Shown here piece by piece: positions 36,365 to 44,111 of a stretch of 64,000 nucleotides of DNA. The DNA is from a bacterium (GTDB lineage Bacteria > Patescibacteriota > UBA1384 > XYA2-FULL-43-10 > JAKAMI01), in contig JAKAMI010000002.1 in NCBI GenBank assembly GCA_021812945.1, positions 1,047-65,046 on the forward strand. Direction: 5' to 3'. A program made the position numbers and the translations under genes. How positions within the stretch are numbered: position 1 is the stretch's first letter; every line of letters begins with the position of its first letter. The notes under the pieces are model-generated. The model saw only the letters and a list, made by a program, of their open reading frames with translations, did no database searches and was not told where the DNA came from.

Positions 36365-38935
36365 CTAGTCTTTTGTTACCCTCCAAACCTCTTCCAGACT
36401 GGTAAGACCGTCGAGGGCCTTGTCGATGCCTTCCTGTTTCATAGTCAACATCCCGTCCGCTATGGCGGCCTCGGTGATCTTGGACGAGGTGGCCCGAGCC
36501 AGAAGCAGTTCCTGGATTTTCTGATTGACATCCAAGACTTCGTATATGCCAATACGTCCTTTGTAGCCTGTGCCGTGACAGTTGTCACAACCCTCTCCAC
36601 GGTAAAAAACCAGCTTCTTGCCCTCCCATTTTTTGCGGGCATCCTCCGGCATTTTGGCGATCTCTTTCTTGACTTCCTCGATCTCTTTGTCAGTAACTTT
36701 GAACTCCTTTTTGCAGTCTTTGCAGATTTTGCGAGCCAATCTTTGGGCGATAACAGTATTGAGCGATGAAGTAATCAGAAACGGTTCCACTCCCATATCG
36801 ATCAGACGAGGACCGGCGCCGGCAGAATCATTTGTGTGTAATGTCGACAGTACGACATGACCGGTCAAGGCGGCGTTTACCGCCATTTCAGCGGTGTCCC
36901 GGTCGCGAATCTCTCCGATCATCACCACATCGGGATCCTGGCGGAGGATGCTGCGCAGGCCATTGGCAAAAGTATAGTTGATATCAGGATTGACTTGACT
37001 CTGATTGATGCCCGGCATCTGATACTCGATCGGGTCCTCCAGCGTCACGATATTGACCGCGACGTCGAGCAGGCGGTCGATGATGGCGTAAAGCGTGGTT
37101 GTTTTGCCGCTTCCGGTAGGACCGGTGACCAGAGTCATGCCGTGGCTTTTGTGAATACTGTTTTCCACCACGTCAAAACCGCGTCCCCGCAGGCCAAGGT
37201 CTTTGAGGGAGAGAATACCGGTCGATTTGTCCAGGATTCTCATCACAATCTTTTCGCCGAAAGCGGTCGGCATGGTTGAGACTCGAAAGTCGACTTTGCG
37301 GTTGTCGATCATCATCTGAATACGCCCATCCTGAGGTAGGCGCGATTCGTCGATCTTGATTCCCGAAAGAATTTTGATCCTCGAGGTGACCGAAGCCTGG
37401 ACCTCTTTAGGGATGGTCACTTTTTTCTGCAGAACACCATCCTCGCGGAAGCGAACATCCAAACCGTTTTCCGTCGGTTCGATGTGAATGTCCGAAGCCA
37501 GTTCGCGCACGCCTCTTTTGATTAGAGAAGTGACAATCCGCGAGACGGGAGCGTCCTCGGTAATTTTCTCGATCTTTTTCTCGGTAATCTCTCTTTGCTC
37601 TTTGCCGTCTTTGGCCTCGTCTTCGCTTTGGCTGATTGCCTCCGAAACTTCCGCCTCGACACCGGAGTATTGATCCAGAATCCGGTTAAGATCGGTTTGC
37701 ACCGTCAGTTTGGGAATGACTTCCCGCCCCGTTTGTTTTTTGATAAGCTCGACGGTTTCCAGGTCCTCCGGATCAATCATAGCCACCGTGAGCACGCCGT
37801 CGTTATCGGCGACCGGAACTACCTGATATTGGCGGGCGATTTTTTCGGGCAGTAAAGATAAGATTTTTTTATCGACGGTGGTCTTGGAGAGGTCGATGAA
37901 CTGCACTCCGGCGGCTCCGGCGTAGGGATCGCCGGCCGAGCTTTTTGGAGAAATCTCCGGATTGTCTCTTAGCGCTTGTATTTCCGATGGAGTTATCTCA
38001 TCCGGCGAGACGTTGGAAAGGTTGGTTTTCTCAGGTTGAGCCGCAGGCTGGCCCTCGACGGCGGACGAGAGGATATCGTCTTTGGTTTTTTTAACGAAAT
38101 CTTCAAAACTTATCCGAGGGCGATTTTGGGATTTGGTAATCTCGCCGATCTCATTCTCGGTCAGACTGGCCGGTTTTTCTAAATCGGCATCCGGTTTCTT
38201 GGCTTCGTTAAGCTCGGCTACCGCTACGTTGTCCGGTTGAGCGTCGGATTCGGGCGTGTCTTTGATCGGGAGCGATTGTTCCGCCAACTCTTTAAAGCTG
38301 ATGGGGGCCTGAACTTTCTCGTTGTTAACTTTCTCGTTGTTCTCGGCGAGACGATCCGCGGATTTATGATCTTCCGCTTTCAACTTCAAATCACCGGCAT
38401 CAAAAGAGGCAACCTCTCCTTCTGGTTTCGAAGGCTCAGAGTGATGAATCTTGACCTGTTCCACGGCTTTTGCCGGCTCAAGGTTACGAACAAAAATCTC
38501 ATGGTCTTTTTTGTCCGGCTCGCGGCGGTTGTTCGAGGTTGTCTTCGCTTCCGGCTCGGGAGCGTTTTTGTTGACATGTTTTTTGACCTGCGGGCTGGGG
38601 TGCCACTTGATGACATTGGTTGGAAGCATCACAATCTTATGGCCGCGGCCCCTGGGGTCCCGGATGGTTTTAGAGGGATATTTGTGAGTCAAAAAAGATC
38701 CGAAATTGGAAAAAATCAGTTTCCCCCCGTCTCTCAAAGTCTGCCCAAGACCGTCAATGAAAGCTTTGACGATCTTTTTGGCTTTTTTTTGCGAAATCCT
38801 TTCAGCTCTGGCTAAAGCTTTGATCAGGTCTTCAGTATTCAATTTGCCCCTCCCGACCGCAAGGCGGTCGCCCCCTCGCGAAATTACGAATAAAACACAA
38901 AAATACAAAAGCGCGAATAATTCAATCAACCCCAA
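36365..38935 (-). CDS. pilB: Type IV pilus assembly ATPase PilB (GspE family) fused to an N-terminal HU/IHF-like DNA-binding domain
   Basis: The C-terminal 570 aa carry the GSPII_E N-domain, Walker A VTGPTGSGKTTTLYA and the tetracysteine CDNCHGTGYKGRIGIY. Residues about 33-125 (NTEDLIKALARAERISQKKAKKIVKAFIDGLGQTLRDGGKLIFSNFGSFLTHKYPSKTIRDPRGRGHKIVMLPTNVIKWHPSPQVKK) align across their whole length with HU (HBsu). The likely true start is an internal TTG near 38842 preceded by GGGAGGGG. The frame is continuous with no stop between the HU and PilB parts. Confidence 0.7.
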   Translation of the reverse strand: MGLIELFALLYFCVLFVISRGGDRLAVGRGKLNTEDLIKALARAERISQKKAKKIVKAFIDGLGQTLRDGGKLIFSNFGSFLTHKYPSKTIRDPRGRGHKIVMLPTNVIKWHPSPQVKKHVNKNAPEPEAKTTSNNRREPDKKDHEIFVRNLEPAKAVEQVKIHHSEPSKPEGEVASFDAGDLKLKAEDHKSADRLAENNEKVNNEKVQAPISFKELAEQSLPIKDTPESDAQPDNVAVAELNEAKKPDADLEKPASLTENEIGEITKSQNRPRISFEDFVKKTKDDILSSAVEGQPAAQPEKTNLSNVSPDEITPSEIQALRDNPEISPKSSAGDPYAGAAGVQFIDLSKTTVDKKILSLLPEKIARQYQVVPVADNDGVLTVAMIDPEDLETVELIKKQTGREVIPKLTVQTDLNRILDQYSGVEAEVSEAISQSEDEAKDGKEQREITEKKIEKITEDAPVSRIVTSLIKRGVRELASDIHIEPTENGLDVRFREDGVLQKKVTIPKEVQASVTSRIKILSGIKIDESRLPQDGRIQMMIDNRKVDFRVSTMPTAFGEKIVMRILDKSTGILSLKDLGLRGRGFDVVENSIHKSHGMTLVTGPTGSGKTTTLYAIIDRLLDVAVNIVTLEDPIEYQMPGINQSQVNPDINYTFANGLRSILRQDPDVVMIGEIRDRDTAEMAVNAALTGHVVLSTLHTNDSAGAGPRLIDMGVEPFLITSSLNTVIAQRLARKICKDCKKEFKVTDKEIEEVKKEIAKMPEDARKKWEGKKLVFYRGEGCDNCHGTGYKGRIGIYEVLDVNQKIQELLLARATSSKITEAAIADGMLTMKQEGIDKALDGLTSLEEVWRVTKD

Positions 38936-39338
38936 TTATACCCCAATCGATAGGAAAATAAACGGATTATGATCTTATTGTATAATTAAGTAGTTAGGGA
39001 CTGCATATTTTCCTAGCCTCGATAGTCTAAGTTATTTATGACCCACTTTTCTTGTATAATTTTAGGGCTGGTCGACGATCCAATGTAAAAAAATGCTTTT
39101 TCGTCCGTTTGTTTTTCTCTCGGCCACCCACTCCGTACCCTGCCTTCCGCACGAGCGACTCTCTAACGTCGTCCCTCGGCTCCAGGCGCCGGCCTTCGTA
39201 AAACAAACGATCTCAACGCATTTTTGTCATTATTATTTAGACGAGCTAACCAGGTTCTTAAAACCAACTTTACAAACTTTATTACTTTTTACTTTATAAC
39301 TTCATGAACTTTTAACTTTATAAATTTCAACTGATTCT

Positions 39339-40892
39339 ATGAAGCAGGCTCTATATCAAAAATACCGGCCGAAAGATTTTTCGGCAGCCATCGGCCAAGA
39401 GAAAATCGTCCAGACGCTCAAAAACGCCTTAAAAAGCGGCCGCACCGGTCACGCTTATCTTTTTGCCGGCCAGCGAGGAACCGGCAAAACAACTTATGCC
39501 CGAATTTTGGCTCAATCGCTCAACTGTCAAAAACCCAAAGACGGGAATGGGCCGTGTTTCGATTGTCAGTTTTGCCAAGCCGCCGGAAAGGGTCAAGCCA
39601 TCGACATTATCGAGATAGACGCCGCCTCCAACCGCGGTATTGACGAGATTCGCGATTTGCGCGAGAAGATCAGATTTGCCCCGACTCTGGGGAAATATAA
39701 GGTTTACATCATCGACGAAGTCCATATGCTGACCAAAGAAGCCTTCAATGCGCTTCTAAAAACCCTTGAGGAGCCGCCGCCGCACGTTGTCTTCATCATG
39801 GCAACGACCGAAGCGCACAAGCTGCCGGCCACTATTCTTTCCCGAGTCCAGCGGTTCGACTTTGGCCGGATTCCGATCGCCGACATTACCAAGAATTTAC
39901 GCCTGATTGCCGATAAAGAGAAAATTGAAATCGACGACGAGGCTTTGTTGATCATCGCCGGCAAAGCCGACGGCAGTCACCGAGACGCTATTTCGCTCTT
40001 GGAACAGATTAAATCGTACGCTACCAAAATCTCTGCCAAGGAGGTGGGGGAGGTTTTGGGTTTGGTTGGAAATGATCTGATTTATCGGCTCCTAGGTTCA
40101 ATGGTTGAGGCTGATTTGAAGCAAGCGCTGGTTCAAATCGAGAGCTACTACGAGGGCGGTTTTGATTTGAGCCAGCTGGCCTTGTCGCTGGTGGAGACAA
40201 TCCGAAAAGCGATGCTCTTAAAATCGGGGGTCATTGAAAAATCGGACTTGACTAAGGAAGAGGCTGAGGGCATAGCCAAGTTGGAAAAATTATCTGCCGA
40301 CCGACTGATAGTCGGTATTGAACAATTATCTTCCGCAGGCAGGGAAACCAAGATTAGCTCGATTCAGAGTCTGCCGCTGGAGCTGGCAGTGTCGAGAATC
40401 GTCAAGGCATGGGATATGAACGATTCCCCTACGAAATTACAAATAGATCAACGAAAGCACAAAAGTACTAATGATACAAATTCCCATCAACCCACCTCGC
40501 GGGAGTCAAAGCCCACCCCCGAGGTGAATTCGGACATCAACAATAAAACAATGAAGCAATCGGACAATGAAACTGACGCAACTTTAGATGATAGGACTTG
40601 GAAAGAGATTCTGGATCGGATAAAGTTGCAGAACCATACCTTGCAAGCGCTGCTTCGGGATATTAAACCCCTCGGGATTGTAGAAGGAAGACTCAAGCTT
40701 TGCGCTAAGTTCAAATTTCACAAGGACAAGGTTTCCGAGATTGGAAATCGCCAGTTAGTTGAAAAGATAATTACCGAGGTGACGGGACAAAAACTGCCAA
40801 TCTTCTGCGAGCTGGCCGATGAAACCGCCGGCAAGCGAAAAGGGCTGAAAGAAGATGAGCTGTTGCAAGTAGCGGAGGAAGTGTTTTCATAA
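39339..40892 (+). CDS. dnaX: DNA polymerase III subunit gamma/tau with a composite repeat insertion
   Basis: YRPKDFSAAIGQEKIV...LFAGQRGTGKTT...CQFCQAAGKG...IDEVHML. Insert DQRKHKSTNDTNSHQPTSRESKPTPEVNSDINNKTMKQSDNETD is three concatenated repeat modules. Confidence 0.85.
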   Translation: MKQALYQKYRPKDFSAAIGQEKIVQTLKNALKSGRTGHAYLFAGQRGTGKTTYARILAQSLNCQKPKDGNGPCFDCQFCQAAGKGQAIDIIEIDAASNRGIDEIRDLREKIRFAPTLGKYKVYIIDEVHMLTKEAFNALLKTLEEPPPHVVFIMATTEAHKLPATILSRVQRFDFGRIPIADITKNLRLIADKEKIEIDDEALLIIAGKADGSHRDAISLLEQIKSYATKISAKEVGEVLGLVGNDLIYRLLGSMVEADLKQALVQIESYYEGGFDLSQLALSLVETIRKAMLLKSGVIEKSDLTKEEAEGIAKLEKLSADRLIVGIEQLSSAGRETKISSIQSLPLELAVSRIVKAWDMNDSPTKLQIDQRKHKSTNDTNSHQPTSRESKPTPEVNSDINNKTMKQSDNETDATLDDRTWKEILDRIKLQNHTLQALLRDIKPLGIVEGRLKLCAKFKFHKDKVSEIGNRQLVEKIITEVTGQKLPIFCELADETAGKRKGLKEDELLQVAEEVFS

Positions 40893-40992
40893 TATCTCAG
40901 ATCTCAAAGTTCAAATCTCAAAATGACAATGAAAAATTTTGAATTTTAAACTAAACTTTGAAATTTGAACTTTGAGATCTAAATTAACTTTT

Positions 40993-42399
40993 ATGCCTAG
41001 ATCACGTAAAAAATCTACCCCGACGACTGCCTCCGGCCTCAAGGTTCCGCCGCAAAACGTGGAAGCGGAGGCCGCGGTTTTGGGAGCCCTGCTCCTGGAC
41101 AAGGATACCATCATCAAAGTGGCGGATCTTTTGATATCGGATGATTTTTACCGCACCGATCATGCCTTGATCTACGAGTCGATGCTGGGGCTATTCGAGA
41201 AGCGAGTACCGATAGATCTAGTCACATTAACCGAGAAGCTGGAGTCGCAGAAACAGTTGGATCAGGTCGGCGGCTCATCCTATCTGGCGAGTTTGGTCAA
41301 CGGAGTTTCGACTGTTGCTAACGTGGTGCATTACGCCAACATTGTCCGAGAAAAGTCCATTCTGCGCCGATTAATATCAGCGGCTGGTTCCATAACCGAG
41401 CTGGGATTTTCGGAAATCGAAGAGGTTTCCAAGGTTATGGACCAGTCCGAGCAATTATTATTTGCCGTTTCCCAGAAATATCTCAAGGACAAATTTATTC
41501 CGATCAAAGACGTTTTGGCCGAGGCCTTTGACCGGATCGACAAGATCCACCGCGACAAAGGCTCGCTCCGTGGCGTACCGACCGGCTTTAAAGATCTGGA
41601 TCTGAAGCTAGCCGGACTGCAAAAATCCGACTTGATCATCATCGCCGCCCGTCCAAGTATGGGCAAAACCTCGCTAGTTATGAACATTGCCGAGAACATT
41701 GCGGTGGAGGATAAAATTCCGGTCGGCATTTTTTCGCTGGAAATGAGTAAGGAACAGCTGGTCGAAAGACTATTATCTTCCCAATCCGGGATTGATTCTT
41801 GGAAACTGAGGACCGGAAATCTCTCAGATGAAGATTTTCCCAAGATTGGCTACGCCATGGGAATACTCTCAGAAGCTCCATTATTCATTGATGACTCACC
41901 GGTGGCTACAGTTATGGAGATTCGGGCCAAAGCCAGAAGATTGCAGATGGAGCAAGGTTTGGGCCTGATCATCATCGACTATCTGCAACTGATGGAGGGC
42001 ACACGCCATGGTAGCGATTCTAATCGGGTGCAGGAGATTTCCGAGATCTCTCGTTCGCTGAAAACTCTGGCCCGCGAACTTGAAGTGCCGGTAGTGGCCT
42101 TGTCCCAGCTCTCCCGCGCCGTCGAATCCCGCCAGCCGAAAATCCCGATGCTCTCGGACTTACGTGAATCAGGCTCCATTGAACAGGATGCCGACGTGGT
42201 GATGTTTATTTATCGCGAAGACTATTATGATAAAGACACCGATCGCAAGGGGATCACCGACATTTTAATTCGCAAGCACCGCAACGGTCCGACCGGCGAG
42301 GTCGAACTGTTCTTCCACCCGGAGCAGATGCGCTTCAGGGATCTGGACAAGAAACGAGTCGACATTCCGCCCGAGATCCTAAAGGAACAAACGGACTAA
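40993..42399 (+). CDS. dnaB: Replicative DNA helicase DnaB
   Basis: ATG at 40993. ARPSMGKTSLVMNIAEN (Walker A), IIIDYLQLM, SQLSRAVESR, RESGSIEQDADVVMFIYRE. Confidence 0.9.
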   Translation: MPRSRKKSTPTTASGLKVPPQNVEAEAAVLGALLLDKDTIIKVADLLISDDFYRTDHALIYESMLGLFEKRVPIDLVTLTEKLESQKQLDQVGGSSYLASLVNGVSTVANVVHYANIVREKSILRRLISAAGSITELGFSEIEEVSKVMDQSEQLLFAVSQKYLKDKFIPIKDVLAEAFDRIDKIHRDKGSLRGVPTGFKDLDLKLAGLQKSDLIIIAARPSMGKTSLVMNIAENIAVEDKIPVGIFSLEMSKEQLVERLLSSQSGIDSWKLRTGNLSDEDFPKIGYAMGILSEAPLFIDDSPVATVMEIRAKARRLQMEQGLGLIIIDYLQLMEGTRHGSDSNRVQEISEISRSLKTLARELEVPVVALSQLSRAVESRQPKIPMLSDLRESGSIEQDADVVMFIYREDYYDKDTDRKGITDILIRKHRNGPTGEVELFFHPEQMRFRDLDKKRVDIPPEILKEQTD

Positions 42400-42737
42400 A
42401 CTAAGTTCATAAACTAAGTTCATAAAGTTAAAAGTTATAAAGTTGAAAGTTAGAATGAAGAGGTGAAATCTTTTGTCATTCTTAAGCTAATGTTTGTCAT
42501 CCTGAGCCTCAAAGCGAAGAGTCCGCGCGGAGATTCTTCACTAATCGTTCAGAATGACAAAGATATGACGCGTAACAAAAGAGAGAGGCATTAACCTTCG
42601 GAATTACCTTAGGTGTGGCCTCTCATCGTGATTGTAAAGTATTGGCAGTGATGAATAATAAGACCAGTAATAGTAAATAAATTCATAAAGTTAATATATA
42701 TCAACTTGTTTAGCCTCGGGTTGGCAACAGCTGGTTC

Positions 42738-42766
42738 TTGACACGGTTTGCTAGAAAAGATACAAT
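42738..42766 (+). promoter_or_regulatory. Consensus promoter TTGACA-17-TACAAT inside a 1.1 kb non-coding region
   Basis: ttgacacggtttgctagaaaagatacaat. Confidence 0.5.
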
Positions 42767-42772
42767 GATACA

Positions 42773-42980
42773 ATCCCAAAGAAAAAAGGGAGGTAACCAC
42801 ACGGATCTTGACACAGATGAAACACAGATAGCACATTAACAATGAGGTCCCGAAATAAATTCGGGATGACAATATCGAAAAAGTGTCTGGAGGGACAGCT
42901 TTCGCTAAGTCGAAAGTTCGTAAAGTTACAAAGTTTGTAAAGTTACCATGATGAATCCCTCCGGCAGAGGGATTTTTTGG
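42773..42980 (+). ncRNA. Candidate small RNA of about 200 nt (promoter to intrinsic terminator)
   Basis: Bounded by the promoter above and the terminator aatccctccggcagagggattttttgg (42955-42980). No plausible ORF inside. Confidence 0.3.
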
Positions 42981-43522
42981 TAGGAGAGATGGGGATATCG
43001 GTTTGCCCACCCGATAAACACTAAGCATTTTATAAATCGTTAAAAGAAGTGGTTTGTAAATAGTTTAGTCCCCAGCTCTCCCATCGAAATAAGTTAAAAG
43101 TTGAAAGTTATAAAGTAACGAGTAAACTAATAACAGAAACAAAAAAACAGAAATTCAGAAAATCGAAACAAACAGAAAATCAGAAAAGAGCACATTGACA
43201 AAAGGATGGGAAAAAATAGGGAAGTTGCAAAAAGCAACCTTAGTGTAAAATACAATTTTATATTAGGGATGCCACAAAGCTAGAGATCCTTCGCCGATTC
43301 TTTCAGAATCGCTCAGGATTTCGCTAAAAGCGAAACTTTGCGACACCCCTAATGGGCGTAAGCTTTACGACCGGGTCATAATTTAAAATTATATTATCCC
43401 GACAAGTCGATTACCAGTTTGCGCCCAAACCAAGAAACATCCAGCAATGAGGGTGTTTTTTGGTTTAGAAAATCAAATTGGTCTAATTAGACTAATTGGT
43501 CAAATTGGTCTAATATTCAGGT

Positions 43523-44089
43523 ATGGGTGGTCACCAGGATCTGATAGTCTATCAGCAAGCGGTGCTGATTTTTGATCTCAACGTGCAGTTTTGCCGTCGG
43601 TTTTTGGACCCCATCAAAGATCGTCGAACTATCGAGCAAATGGAGCAAGCGTCTCGCAGTAGCAAGCAGAATATCGTTGAAGGCTCTCTTGGAAAAAGCC
43701 TGAAAATGAACATAAAGTTGACGGGAGTTTCACGGGCGTCGTACGGAGAATTGCTAGAAGACTACAAGGATTTTTTGCGGATACGGAATCTGAAGCTATG
43801 GCCCAAAGAAGATGAAAGAGTTCGGGAAATTCGAAGCATGCGTGTCCAAACCAATAAGGCAAATGAGTCTAATGCGGCCGATTGGTCCAATTGGACAAAT
43901 GATGCGGAAAGATTCGCCAATTTAATGGTAACTTTGATCTCTAAAGAGAACTATCTTTTGGATTGTCTTTTACGGTCTTTGGAAAACAAGTTTGTAACCG
44001 AGGGCGGTTGTGGTGAAAATTTGTTTAAGAAAAGGCTAGAGGAAAGGAATAGGACCAATAGGACAAATTGGTCCAATCGGGTCAATTAG
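43523..44089 (+). CDS. Four-helix-bundle protein (23S rRNA intervening-sequence protein family, TIGR02436/PF05635-like) with C-terminal repeat-derived extension
   Basis: LIVYQQAVLIFDLNVQFCRRF...NIVEGSLGKSLKMNIKLTGVSRASYGELLEDY matches the family. The tail contains ccaattggtc-repeat-encoded NWSNWTND/TNRTNWSNR. Confidence 0.6.
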   Translation: MGGHQDLIVYQQAVLIFDLNVQFCRRFLDPIKDRRTIEQMEQASRSSKQNIVEGSLGKSLKMNIKLTGVSRASYGELLEDYKDFLRIRNLKLWPKEDERVREIRSMRVQTNKANESNAADWSNWTNDAERFANLMVTLISKENYLLDCLLRSLENKFVTEGGCGENLFKKRLEERNRTNRTNWSNRVN

Positions 44090-44111
44090 TCTAATAGGTC
44101 AAATAAGACTA

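Noticed and set aside
37488-38815. Several + strand ORFs inside the pilB locus
   Set aside because: They are antisense to the well-supported PilB ATPase gene.
42400-43520. Chromosomal origin (oriC) in the long intergenic region near dnaB
   Set aside because: No TTATCCACA-type DnaA boxes and no dnaA/dnaN nearby. The AT-richness is explained by repeats.
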